From: Eledone cirrhosa | Taxonomy: Eukaryota | NCBI GenBank assembly: GCA_964016885.1 | Contig: OZ024754.1 | Span: forward strand, 5,084,001-5,148,000 | Direction: 5' to 3' | DNA: 64,000 nucleotides | Shown: positions 29,893 through 42,620 of the stretch, piece after piece | Numbering within the stretch: position 1 is the first letter of the stretch | Layout of the letters: each line of letters starts with the position of its first letter | Translations under genes and position numbers: made by a program | Notes under the pieces: model-generated | The model's input: the letters and a program-made list of their open reading frames with translations, nothing else | Databases searched by the model: none | Told to the model about the DNA's origin: nothing

Positions 29893-30622
29893 CAATTGAT
29901 TTCCACACACTGTGCTTTGGTTTATGTTCCAGCAGTACAGTCATCAATGGTGAAAAGACGTCTTCGAAAATTACCCTGAAATAGGGCCAGTGATTGTACT
30001 TACCCTTCCACTCTAACAACCCTGCTCCGCATCTCAACCCCGGGCCCCGTTATAAAGGCCATCTTCTAAAGTGTATTTCATAAAATCTCCTCCTCCTCCC
30101 CCACACCTTGCTACTCTACAGACAAGTGACATTTTAAATAGCTCAGCTAACACTCATCTCTTGCGGAAATAGCCGCAATGATCAACCTCTGTAAAAAGAC
30201 TAGATTTACTGTGATTTATGTATTTCAGATACTAAAATACTCTCTCTACTGCTACTGTTGCTGCAGAACACAACAGCAACAACAACAACTACAAGAACAA
30301 CTACTACAAGAACAAAAAGACTTCCCCCTTGCCCAACACACCCTTGCCTCCTTGCATTTTTTGGCAGCAATGGTGTTGTTGCTGTTATTTTTGTTGTTGT
30401 CCTTGGTGGTGGTGGTGTAAGTGATGTTGGTGCTGGTGTTGGTGGTTTCATTGGCAAGAGAGGTTTCACAAAGTTGACTAATAACCTGCAAACCCATATG
30501 AAGTACCAGAACACCTTATAGTGGTAATGGGGGCAGTAGAGCAACATTGTGATATGAGCTACTTCTTTGTATCTAGTGTTAAACTACTACTACTACTACT
30601 ACTAATAATAATAATAATAATA

Positions 30623-30741
30623 ATTGTTTCTACTTTTGGCACAAGGCCAGCAATTACCTCAGTGCATTACTGGTACTTTATTTTATCGACCCCGTAAGGA
30701 TGAAAGGCAAAGTTAACCTCGGCGGGATTGAAACTCAGAAC

Positions 30742-30776
<35 letters not shown>

Positions 30777-31062
30777 TTTTACTATAGGCACAAGGCCAGC
30801 AATATTGGGGGAAGGAAAAGTCGATTAAATCGACCCTAGTGCGTGACTGCTACTTTATTTTATCAACCCCAAAAGGATGAAATGGCAAAGTTAACCTCTG
30901 CGAGATTTGAACTTTGCAGCATAGAGTTACAGCCCTTTGTGATCTGAGTTCAAACCCTGCCGAGGTTAAATTTGCCTTTCATCCTTACGGGGTCGATAAA
31001 ATAAAGTACCAGTAATGCACTGGGATACTTGCTGGCCTTTTGCCAAAAGTGGAAACAGTTAT
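30623..31062. mobile_element. Three SINE-A fragments (-, -, +)
   Basis: Central domain on the minus strand at about 30670 and 30848, and on the plus strand at about 30945-31015. Confidence 0.9.
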
Positions 31063-31295
31063 GATCAAGTAACCAACACCTTAACCACTAAGCCTAGTGG
31101 TTAGCATGCTTGGTCAGTGGTTATCTCTAAGTGTATATAGCTGTTGTCTGATAGTGGGCTGTCTGGTGATATATTTTACTTCAACCTCAATGACATACTA
31201 TGCTACACAACACACCAACACACCACTTGTGATAAGAGAGTAGTGTAAACAGGCTTTTTGACCTCAACTTGTATTTTTTTACATATATATCTATC

Positions 31296-31331
<36 letters not shown>

Positions 31332-31681
31332 AATAAATACTGGTACACATTAACCTAACCACAACTAGGCTTGTCCCTTATCATGAAGGTGAGAGTTGGC
31401 TGAGGAGGGAGAGTGTGTCCCTCATCTCCTTTTCAACCAATGCTACTGCAAGCCAACCACTTCAGTAAGTTTGTCTTAACTATCATTCAGTTACTTCACT
31501 TAACCCTTTTGATACAGTGCATCCCCTCCCACAGTGCACTCCTCCCCGGCTTCCTGGTGCTATGAAGCACTACCTCCTATTTTAAGGAGCACTCCCTCTA
31601 CTTAAATTAATATCTTCCAACATAATTTTATATAACATCCCATATGTTATGTTTACAGATATTATCTTAAATTATAAATAA

Positions 31682-31870
31682 TTGTTTCTACTTTTTGGCG
31701 CAAGGCCAGCAAATACCCAGTGTATTACTGGTACTTTATTTTATCGACCCTGTAAGGATGAAAGGCAAAGTTAACCTCGGCGGGATTTGAACTCGGACCA
31801 TAAAGGACCGTAACTCTTTACTGCAAATCATGGTGTCATACCCTCTACCGATACTGCCAATCCACCGTCC
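31682..31870 (-). mobile_element. SINE family A copy
   Basis: Reverse complement of 20438-20626. Confidence 0.9.
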
Positions 31871-32199
31871 TTCTTCAATTATAAATAATGATTTATAAGT
31901 TCGGCACAAGGCCAACTATTTAGGGCAAAGGAAAATTGATCATATGGATACCCAGCCTTGCGAACTGGAATGGATGCTATTCCAGCGCATCTCCTTCACA
32001 ATCTTCTGGGGGAAACGTCTTCTCTATTCTCTCTGCCGGGGCTGTGGGGTAGCCAGCACAAGGGCCCCCGTTTGCTCACAATAATGAGGGACAGGGAGAG
32101 CGAGAGAGACGGAAGAAGTGACAGTGGAAGTTTGGGTCTTTTGTGTTCAGATCAACTCTCATGATATGTTAACACATAAAACATATTTCATACGCGTTA

Positions 32200-32385
32200 T
32201 TGGATTGGCAGTATCGGTAGAGGGTCAGACACCATGCTTTCCAACATAGTTACGTCCCTTTACGATCTGAGTTCAAATCCCGGCGAGGTTGACTTTGCCT
32301 TTCATCTTTACGGGGTCGATAAAATAAAAGTACCAGTAATGCACTGGGTAATTGCTCGCCTTGTGCTTAAAGCAGAAACAGTTAT
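32200..32385 (+). mobile_element. SINE family A copy
   Basis: TGGATTGGCAGTATCGGTAGAGGG...GAGTTCAAATCC...GCCTTTCATCTTTACGGGGTCGATAAA. Confidence 0.9.
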
Positions 32386-32441
32386 TATATTTGGTATGTA
32401 AAGCAAAACAGTCTGTACATATAACTTAGTACTTGACGGGT

Positions 32442-32762
32442 ACTTTATCGACTTTGGAGCTAAGTTGACCTCTGCCAGGTTCACCAGTAGTTCACTAGTA
32501 CTTTATCAACCTTAGAAGGACAGAGAGCTAAGTTGACCTCTGCTAGGATCACCACTATTTCACTAGCACTTTATCAACCTTAGAAGGACAGAGAGCTAAG
32601 TTGACCTCTGCTAGGATCACCACTATTTCACTAGCACTTTATCAACCTTAGAAGGACAGAGAGCTAAGTTGACCTCTGCTAGGATCACAACTATTTCACT
32701 AGCACTTTATCAACCTTAGAAGGATTGAAGGCTAAGTTGACCTCAGCTGGGATTTGAACTCA
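32442..32762. repeat. 68-bp minisatellite derived from the SINE-A centre
   Basis: CTTTATCAACCTTAGAAGGACAGAGAGCTAAGTTGACCTC at 32501, 32569, 32637 and 32705. The last unit runs into GGGATTTGAACTC (B-box, minus strand). Confidence 0.85.
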
Positions 32763-33238
32763 ATGTATAAAAATTCAGAACATATATTTTATATCTCCAT
32801 GATTATCAAGGTTAGTGTTTCTGACTGATTGACTGATTGGTGGGTACATTGGTTCAGTCACAGTGTGTGACCTAAGATTTAACTGAAGTGACCTCCCTGG
32901 AATGTGTTGTCATCTTATCTTATTGTTGTTGGTTTAAAGGTTAAACTGATTGAGTTGCTTTCTGGGTAACACATCTGTCATCTTTTACATGCACAAATCT
33001 GGGTCAAACCTTCACATAGATGTTTCTAGAATAGTGGGTACCCTCCTCCACACACACACTAACCATATTCCTCAATATGACTATATATATCTCTCTTTAT
33101 TGAAATATAACTGGTTATATTTGCCTGCTTTCACTCTTTCCTCGCCATATTTCCAATAAAAGACACACTATAATTTTCAAATAATTTCAAAAATAAAGTA
33201 TTTGGAAGGAATTATTAATGTAGTTAATTTTCTCATCG

Positions 33239-33483
33239 TTAACCCTTTAATTACCGTATTTCTAATGAAATGTCTGTGTTTCAATTAATTTTGAAAATAT
33301 CCAAACATTTCGAGGAATTTAATGAAACAGTCTTTCATTAGTAAGTTAATATTTACATTAAGAGAATTTTCTCAAATGAAATTTTTATGGAAGGTTTTAA
33401 TATAAAAATAAATATCTTAAAACGAGCAGCTTTCTATCATTAATCCAAACTGGTTTCGGGCTGGTTGGTATCAAAAGGGTTAA
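33239..33483 (+). mobile_element. TTAA-flanked MITE family 2, nested in an older relative
   Basis: TTAACCCTTTAATTACC...GGTATCAAAAGGGTTAA. The rejoined flanks TTCTCATCG-TTAA-GCTGGTGTTTAGAA resemble 20131-20161. Confidence 0.8.
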
Positions 33484-34002
33484 GCTGGTGTTTAGAATAT
33501 ACCTTAAAGAAGGTTCTTATATAACACCTTGATGGCAGGCTTTAGGTAAATAAATATCCAAAAATCCATCATCCAGGGCCTTCTCATTCCTGTAGGAATC
33601 CAACCCTGGTTGATCTCCAATGTTTCCTATCTTTGGCCATATTAAGCCAAAGTATCTGGTCAGATCATCACATCAACTGGCCTATGGCCACCCTCTGGTT
33701 CTTCTCCACTGCCTTGGTGTCCAGTTTAAAACTAGTTAGACCATTACTCAACAGAGTACTCAATACTACGGTTAGTAGAGTATGGCTATATTACAGAGAG
33801 TCGGGATCTGATGGCTGAGCTCTTTATAATAATATGTATATATATTATATATACGTTGACTCAGGGACGACGAGGCAGTGTAGTGGTATGCTGCTTCATT
33901 CATCTCTGGGTCAAAATTATAAACACACAATTTCTGTCTTCTGTGTTTTTTTTCTTTGCTTGTTTCCATAAAGTTTACCATCTTTCCGTTGGTATACCCC
34001 TA

Positions 34003-34102
34003 TTACGCAATTTACACCTGAAGATGTCATCGGGTTATGCAATTTACATCTGAAGATATCATCGCGTTATGCAATTTACACCTGAAGATGTCACCGGGTT
34101 AT
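34003..34102. repeat. 32-bp tandem x3 containing a hammerhead 5' half
   Basis: TTATGCAATTTACACCTGAAGATGTCA.CGGG, with CTGAAGA at 34018, 34050 and 34082. Confidence 0.9.
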
Positions 34103-34140
34103 TTCGCAGCCTGACCACTGAAATGTGCATAGTGTTTGCA
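34070..34140 (+). ncRNA. Minimal type I hammerhead motif, partly decayed
   Basis: Stem I TGCAA-ttt-ACAC / GTGT-TTGCA. CTGAAGA 34082. Imperfect stem II (GTCA/TGAC, GGTT/AGCC). GAAA 34120. Stem III ATGTGCAT. UA at 34130-34131. Confidence 0.6.
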
Positions 34141-34192
34141 GAAATAGATAATTAAGGAAATTTAACATATTTGGCCTCCTGTCATTTCAATT

Positions 34193-34262
<70 letters not shown>

Positions 34263-34467
34263 CATGTGGTTGGTGTTAGGAAGGGTATCCAGCTGTAAAA
34301 ACCCAACCAAATTTACAGTCCCCTCAGGGCAATGCACAGCGTGGCCAAACTTGTCTCTCGTTGCGTTCAATCCATCTAACCTGTGCAAGTATGGAAAAAT
34401 GAACATTAAACGGTGATGATGATGAGGACAATATAAATATATATTTATATATATATATATATATAAT

Positions 34468-34814
34468 GGAGGCACATGGCTTAGTGGTTAGAGCATTGGC
34501 CTTGCAATCGAGAGGTTGTGAGTTCAATTCTCAGACCGGGTGATGTGTTGTTTCCTTGAGCAAGACACTTTATTTCACATTGCTCCAGTTTACTCAGCTG
34601 TAGAAATGAGATGATAGGGACTGCGGTCCCTATCATTCCACTGCAAAGTGGACGTGGAGGTGCCACGGCAAAAAAGCACCCAGCCCACACTGTAAATGAG
34701 GTTGGTGTTAGGAAGGGCATCCAGCTGTAGAAATCAAGCCAGAATCAGTTCCCGTCCCACCCTTGCAAGCAGGGAAAAGTGGACGTAAAATGAAATGATG
34801 ATGATGATGATGAT
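34468..34814 (+). mobile_element. Full-length tRNA-derived SINE family B
   Basis: GGAGGCACATGGCTTAGTGGTTAGAGC (A-box), GAGTTCAATTC (B-box), CORE-like centre, (TGA)n tail. Confidence 0.9.
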
Positions 34815-35292
34815 GTTCAATGAAATATATTCCATATTCCAAGGTATTATTACAGCTGTCACAGAAACTTTACTCAAAGGGAGACAATCACTGATTGAAT
34901 AGATTATGTACTGCTAATGTGTACAGGGAGAAGTTTCCTTCTTTCTCTAGCTTATAGTCTTTATCAGCCTCGCCTCTTCCTCCCACACACTATCTCTCTC
35001 TCTCTCTCTCATCTACGATTTGATTATTTCAAAAACAAAAAGTTTATTTCAACATTCAGAAAGCTGCATTTTATGAAATATTTTTATTAGCTGAATAAGA
35101 ATGTCTGTGTGTATGTGAATGCATGCTGTGTGTATATATATGTGTATATATAGTATGTATCTGTGTGTATATATATATATATATAGTATGTATCTATGTA
35201 TATGTGTGTATATATATATATATGTATGTATAGTATGTATCTATATATATATATATACCTTTCATTTATATATACCTTATATATATATAGGT

Positions 35293-35348
<56 letters not shown>

Positions 35349-35518
35349 ATATATATAGGTATATAGTATGTATCTGTGTATACATGTATATGATATATCT
35401 CAGTGATTATGTGAATGCATGCTGTATATATGTCTGTATATGGTATATGTCAGTGTATGTGTGTGTATATATATTTTTATATATAGGTATATAGTATGTA
35501 CGTGTGTATATATGTCAT

Positions 35519-35551
<33 letters not shown>

Positions 35552-35757
35552 CATGTGTGTGTGTGTATATATATATAGTATGTGTGTGTGTATATATATA
35601 TATGATATATGTCAGTGTGGTAAAGATATTCAGAAAAATCTGAAAGATCAGCAGGAGTTAAGTTAAATTACAGAATTTCTTTGACACATGTAACACACAC
35701 ACACCAGCACACACACACACACACACCTACACACACCTATTCCTGTGGATATTATGT

Positions 35758-35844
<87 letters not shown>

Positions 35845-36131
35845 GTGTGTGTGTGAAATAGTCTATATATCAATTTAGTCTGTCTATTTATCCAGCCATC
35901 TATCTATCTATTCAATCATCTATCTCTCCATCTATCTCTATCTCTATATATATATATGTATGTCTACATATCTCTATCTCTCTCTCTATATATATATATG
36001 TATGTCTACATATCTCTATCTCTCTCTCTCTCTATATATATATATATAATGTCTACATATCTATCTACCTGTCTCCTTCTTTTGTGCCCCTGTGGCTAAT
36101 AAAGAAACCTATCTACCTATCTATCTCTCTC

Positions 36132-36179
<48 letters not shown>

Positions 36180-36410
36180 CCTATGTGTTAACTCATCTTT
36201 TATCGTTATGTCCATTTCCCCTATTAACAAGACTTCTATGTACCAATCCCTCTCTGCCTCATCTCTCTTACTTATCTCTCTACCTGTTTATCTACTTGTA
36301 GTCCATCTATCTATCTACCTGTTTGTCCATATATTCACCTGTATATCTACCTACCTATTTATCTATCTCCCTACACATCTATATCTCTCTCTCTCTCTAT
36401 ATATATAGAG

Positions 36411-36442
<32 letters not shown>

Positions 36443-36856
36443 ACACCTGCATATATCTCCATATCTATCTATCTATCTATTAGCTATTGGTCACATTATT
36501 CATTCCACCACCACCACCGCCTCCTACTCCACCACCATCACCTCTACCACCACCACCACCTCCACCTCCACCACCACCACCTCCACCACCACCTCTTTAT
36601 CTCTTCATCTACCTTAAACCATTTCTCTTGACACCACTCTATCATTTTCTTTCTATATACCTCCTCCCCACTCCCCCCTCTCCATCTCCCCCACCCCCAC
36701 CCCTCTCTCCATCTCCCCCCTTTCTCTCTCAAACAGATATTCTCTAAACTCATTATTTTTCACTTTCTATCTTCATTTCTTTCATATACATACACACACA
36801 CATATATATATATATATACATACATACATACATACATACATACATACATACATACA

Positions 36857-36932
<76 letters not shown>

Positions 36933-37539
36933 CACATACATGCAGACATATAAATATATATATATATATACATGCATACATATATATATATATATATATA
37001 TATACATACATGCATACATATATATATACGTACATACATGCATACATAGATATAGATATATACATACATGCATATATATATATACATACATGCATACATA
37101 GATCTATATATATGGGTCTGTATATAAATGTGTATATATATATATTTATATATATATATATATATAAATATATTACGCACATACACACACACATATATAC
37201 ACATAGATACACATCATCCTCTTTCCCTCACTTTATTTCTCTCCATCTACCTGTTCACCACCACCACCTTACCTACTTCTCTTCTTAATCCCCCCCTCTC
37301 TCTCTCTCTCTCTCATCCCTCCACCTCAACTGTCACTACCCCCACCCCACTTTACCTACTATGTCACCACTACATCACTCTTTCATTGCAGCTCTTCTAC
37401 TACTCTAACTACTCCCCCCCCCCTCTTCCCCTCCCTTCCTCCTCATATATTTTATTTACCCCCCCCCCCTCTCTCTACATACATACACATATACACACCT
37501 CCAATTCTTGTGTAGGTTTACTACTGCCACTGTTAAATA

Positions 37540-38237
37540 CCACCACTACTACCACCATGACCACTACCACCACTACCACTACCACCAGCACCACTATTGC
37601 CAATAACACCACCAATACCATGACCACTAATACTACCACTATTGCCATGACCACCACTAACAAACAGCACCACTACCAACACTACCACAGTTCAATTCTG
37701 CTATGACCAGCACCACTACTACCAACACCAACACCACCACCACTACCACCATTAGCAACAATACCGCCACACCACCACCACTACCACTACTACCACCACA
37801 GCCACAGCACTACCAACACCACCACCACTACCAACACCACCACCACCACCATTAGCAACAATACCGCCACAGCCACACCCCCACCACCACCACTACCACT
37901 ACTACCACCACAGCCACAGCACTACTACCACTACTACCACCACAGCCACAGCACTACTACCACCACCACCACCACCACCACTACCACTACTACCACCACT
38001 ACCACTACTACCACCACTACCACTACTACCACTACTGCCACCACAGCCACATCACTACCACCACTACCACCACAGCCACAGCACTACTACCACCACTACC
38101 ACCACAGCCACAGCACTACTACCACCACCACCACTACCACTACTACCACTACTACCACCACAGCCACATCACCACTACCACTACTACCACCACCACTACC
38201 ACCACCACTACTACCACCACAGCCACAGCACTACTAT
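37540..38237. repeat. (ACC/ACT)n field
   Basis: Direct reading. Confidence 0.95.
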
Positions 38238-38335
38238 GTACATCTCTGCTGAAACATAAGGACATTTAAAATTTTATCAAAATCAATAAACCTGCTGACA
38301 TATTTCAGGGCTACTGGGAACTGGGTGTGGTGAGC

Positions 38336-38375
<40 letters not shown>

Positions 38376-38777
38376 TGAGGAGGGGGAAAGGGGCTGAGAC
38401 CAACCATTACCACCAGATATGGACAGAGAGATAGAGTTGAAAGGAGGGAGGGTGTGTGATGCGGGAGAGGCTGGATATGTCATTTCATTTTATCTCTGTT
38501 GTTCCTTACATAGATAGTTATAATAAAATAAAGACTGCTGGGTTTTAATTTTGATAGTAGGGGAAGAAGGAAGTTGTGGTTGTCATGCCTTTACTTAAGT
38601 GTCCCTGTGTGTATGTGTCTGTATGTGTGTCTGTGTGTGTCTGTCTGTGTGATTTAATTTTTCTTTTTAGTTTGTAAAATTTGAGAAAACATGGTCTATA
38701 GCTGACTTGGCTTTATGTATGTGATTGTATGTGTCTCTCTATATATGTATATGTATATATGTGTGTGCGTGTGTATA

Positions 38778-38808
<31 letters not shown>

Positions 38809-38860
38809 GTGTATACAATTGATATTAAATAAATGGAAGTTATATTTATAAAACCATATT

Positions 38861-38922
38861 TATTCTATTATATATTTTTCAAGGGTACCAAACATTTTGG
38901 TACGCTCTCATCAGATAAAATA
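38861..38922 (-). ncRNA. Minimal type I hammerhead motif (same family as 45830)
   Basis: Minus strand: TATTTTAT-CTGATGA-GAGCGTACCAAA-ATG-TTTGGTACCCTT-GAAA-AATATA-TA-ATAGAATA. Confidence 0.75.
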
Positions 38923-39085
38923 CAAAATGTTTCATAAATATTTGACATATCCAAGGATAATATACCTTAACGGTTCAAGTTATCCCTGGAAAGTATATAT
39001 TGGGTATTAATCGATCTACGGTACGAACCCTACCACGAGAGGTAGACCACACCGAACAAAAAATGTGTGTGCGCGTATATATATA

Positions 39086-39142
<57 letters not shown>

Positions 39143-39156
39143 ATATATGTATATAT

Positions 39157-39300
39157 ATAACGTAGGAAATGTGGTAAGGAACCAGGTGGACCATAACGCA
39201 CCAAAGTACTCAATACTTAGTGTAGTAGAGTGGGTAATAGGAACGAGTAGGACCCCGACGGCTGAGCTCAAGCCGTTTCGACGGTTAATTCTGGACTAAA
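39157..39300 (-). mobile_element. Half-hammerhead repeat family copy
   Basis: Minus strand: ...CCGTC-GAAA-CGGCT-TGAGCTC-AGCCG-TC-GGGGTCC followed by the family tail. Confidence 0.75.
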
Positions 39301-39557
39301 TGAAAATTGTTATCCCGGTATATATACCAGGATAAAAATTTTCATTTTTAGTACTGACTTGATCTCTGTATCCAGATTACAATAGATATACAGTGTAGCC
39401 CTGTGTTGTATGAAGGGGTTAAAAAGGTTGGTGTAAGAAAGGGTATCTGGCTAATAAAACATTGTCCTGAAACATCCCACCCTACCCAACCCAGCATGGA
39501 AAAGTGGACATAAAAACGATGGTGATGAATGTGTGTGCATGTATGTATGTATGTATC

Positions 39558-40132
39558 CCAGTACAACCTGTCTCATGGTCGGGTCGTTGGCGACTAAACT
39601 GGCAACCCCACCAAGGTTTCTTGGTGAGGAGGGTGACTTTGGACATCCTGCAGGACTAAAAACAAAACCTATCAAAGGGCAAAGGAGCTCTTAAGAGTCA
39701 ACGGCCATCCAAAATCACCGGGAGAGATGACCCCTTAGTCTTTGTCAAGGCAGATTTCTAGGAGAAGGAAAACTCTGATATAACACCTGCAACCCTGATG
39801 GTATCCAATGATGTTGACATGTTCTTCTTTTTGGTAAATATCATCTTCGTTAAGAGAGTGGGACTGGCTTTATGCAGTGCCTTTGCTCACTATAAAAGCT
39901 TCACGGCACAGGCATTGCTTTATATCTGGAGATCTCTCTGCACTTGTCGTCGTCCTATGGTACCAAGGGCCCAGCACTATGTGTCAATAATTGTCACAAG
40001 TGTAGTGTTTGTACCAGAGTTTTCAAGTCGCTGGCTGGACTAAAAAGTCACACTCGTTCAGCGGATCGGTAGGAATTCTCCTACATGGATATAAAGTAGT
40101 GGCCGTACTCGAAAACGAGTTGGCAGCCACCA
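39558..40132 (+). mobile_element. Non-autonomous or internally deleted RTE-clade LINE derivative
   Basis: RTE-type 5' motif GGAGAAGGAAAACTCTGA at about 39761. 39992-40072 translates as CHKCSVCTRVFKSLAGLKSHTRSADR*, like the C-terminal zinc finger of RTE/BovB-type ORFs. No RT domain lies between them. Confidence 0.65.
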
Positions 40133-40332
40133 TATATATATATATATATATATATGTCATTATCATCATCATCATCCTCGTCGTTTAACGTCTATTTTCC
40201 ATGCTAGCATGGGTTAGACGTATATATATATATATTTGTAGTAAGGTTGCTTGGATGCGTCCATAGGCGGTATGCCGGTTGAGCATTCTATGCTCCTTCG
40301 GAGCAGAGTATGATTTGCTTCGAAATCACTAG

Positions 40333-40425
40333 ACATATCTGATGAACTTGCGAATCCAGAGTCGGGTTCGATCCAAAAACAGATTGCACCTCGAGCTGTT
40401 CGCTGGAGAAACATTTGTAATACGT
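40333..40425 (+). ncRNA. Minimal type I hammerhead motif (relative of 4399)
   Basis: ACATAT-CTGATGA(40339)-stem II GCGAA...TTCGC-GAAA(40408)-CATTTG-TA-ATACGT-AATAAA. Shares ACCTCGAGCTG with the 4399 copy. Confidence 0.68.
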
Positions 40426-40466
40426 AATAAATTTGTGTTCCAATGCATCACTGAGTCTTCGTTTTC

Positions 40467-40511
<45 letters not shown>

Positions 40512-40847
40512 GTATGTGTGTGTAGAGAGAGATGTATTTAAAAGAACCCCAAAACAATATGGCTGAAATGTTGGACTTGGGACTTTGTTGTTTGTTTAAA
40601 AGCCAAGAAGAAATAAATAAATATATATATGTATATATATATATAAAGATAAAAAATATACAAGTGAAATGAGAGATAAATGACCCAAATGTGGGTCACA
40701 CTGTTAATTTGTAATTGTTTGACCTTTGGAAGGTTGACCTCTATAACTTTCAAAACAATTTTTTTTTTTTTTAATTATTGTTGAAGCCTTCAGTCAGTTT
40801 TGTATAATTCTGGAGGTTAGGATCTATTACTGACACTACAGTGTTGT

Positions 40848-41442
40848 TTAAACACAAGTGGGGAGAGTTCTTTTGCTACAGTTTTCAACAGAAGTGGGGA
40901 GAGTTCTTTTGCTACAGTTTTCAACAGAAGTGGGGAGAGTTCTTTTGCTACAGTTTTAAACAGAAGTAGGGAGAGTTCTTTTGCTACAGTTTTAAACAGA
41001 AGTAGGGAGAGTTCTTTTGCTACAGTTTTAAACAGAAGTGGGGAGAGTTCTTTGCTACAGTTTTAAACAGAAGTGGGGAGAGTTCTTTTGCTACAGTTTT
41101 AAACAGAAGTAGGGAGAGTTCTTTTGCTACAGTTTTAAACAGAAGTAGGGAGAGTTCTTTTGCTACAGTTTTAAACAGAAGTAGGGAGAGTTCTTTTGCT
41201 ACAGTTTTAAACAGAAGTGGGGAGAGTTCTTTGCTACAGTTTTAAACAGAAGTGGGGAGAGTTCTTTGCTACAGTTTTAAACAGAAATGGGGAAAGTTCT
41301 TTGTTACAGTTTTAAACACAAGTGGGGAGAGTTCTTTTGCTACAGTTTTAAACAGAAGTTGGGAGAGTTCTTTGCTACAATTTTAAACAGAAATGGGGAA
41401 AGTTATTTGCTACAGTTTTAAACACAAGTGGGGAGAGTTCTT
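40848..41442. repeat. 35-36-bp minisatellite, about 16 copies
   Basis: TTTTAAACAGAAGT(A/G)GGGAGAGTTCTTTTGCTACAG repeated with no spacers. Confidence 0.95.
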
Positions 41443-41952
41443 ACATAAAATTAGCATGGAAGACTTTTAGATAAATATAAACACTTTGAAAAATAAACAG
41501 ATTATATAACCAGAAGAAGTTTCTGGAAGTTTGGTATCAAAAGAGTAAAAATGTGGTTGCATTTCCTAAACATTTTCTGGTAATAGTATTATTCCAAGAG
41601 AGATGGTATCTCTGTAAATGGCAGGTGATAATCAGAATGAAAGTGGCACTAAAATAAATGATGGCTGATGTTGATAGGCTTACACATCATTGTTCATGAT
41701 GATACTAAATCATATCTTTACAAATGGAAATTGTTTCTTGCATAAAACTGAAGCTAGAGACTTAGGCAGATTGTCTTGAGATGAAGTAAGAAGCCATTAC
41801 TGCTACTACATGATGAGAGGAAGAGAAAATATGTACAGTTACTCCATCTGCTAGAAATAACAGCCAACAACAGCTAAATTGCCCTCAAGTCATTGCCATC
41901 TTAGCAAAGAACACATTGGATAATGTGGTTATGTGTGCAATATATCTAGGAG

Positions 41953-42126
41953 GTTTACTCAGCTGTAGAAATGAGTTGCTGTATCAGCCATAGCCTTTCC
42001 CTTGGACATCATTGGTGGCGTAGAGAGGGGCCACTACTGGTCTTCCTCAAAACAACCTTGCCCGGACTTGTGCCTCAGAGGGGAACTTTCTAGATGAAAA
42101 TCACATGGTCATTCGTGACCATGTGA
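41953..42126 (+). mobile_element. SINE fragment with the family-B centre and a different tail
   Basis: GTTTACTCAGCTGTAGAAATGAG shared with SINE-B. Ends in the hairpin TCACATGGTCA-TTCG-TGACCATGTGA. Confidence 0.6.
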
Positions 42127-42435
42127 ACAAATGTTAGGTGTGTGAAATATCTAGCAAGGAACAACTGTTGTTAGGTGTGTAATGTGTTGCTCATATTTAT
42201 TTTGTTTCAGAGGACTGGGACAATGTATAATGAAGTGTTAAGTTACATTCCAGACGTTAACTTGATAATGAAAAAAATTATTATTTACAAAATCACTCCA
42301 AATCCTTAATTATTTACAAAATAAACCCCCCTGAAACTGCCCCTCGTATGATACAAAGCTGTTTGTTGTTTTTTTAGGATTTATCTCTAAGAATTTTACA
42401 CCACCATTAAGTTATGTTCCAAACACAATTCTAAT

Positions 42436-42620
42436 AATTGTTTCTACATTTGACACAAGGCCAGCAATTACCCAGTACATTACTGGTACTTTATTTTATC
42501 AACCCAGTAAGGATGAAAAGCAAAGTTAACCTCGAGGTGATTTGAACTCAGACTGTAAAGGGACGTAACTCTGCTAGAAAGCCTGGTGTCCGACTCTCTA
42601 CCGATACTGCCAATCTACAA
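42436..42620 (-). mobile_element. SINE family A copy inserted in a MITE-2-like remnant
   Basis: Family A motifs. CAATTCTAATAAT flanks both sides (about 42426 and 42618), consistent with a target-site duplication. Confidence 0.85.

Noticed and set aside
34468-34545. tRNA-like A/B boxes (also at 3838 and 20438)
   Set aside because: These are SINE heads with no complete cloverleaf, and they continue into SINE bodies.
40848-41442. 36-bp repeats of CRISPR-like length (also 48742-49045 and 7988-8400)
   Set aside because: No unique spacers, no cas genes, and a eukaryotic context.
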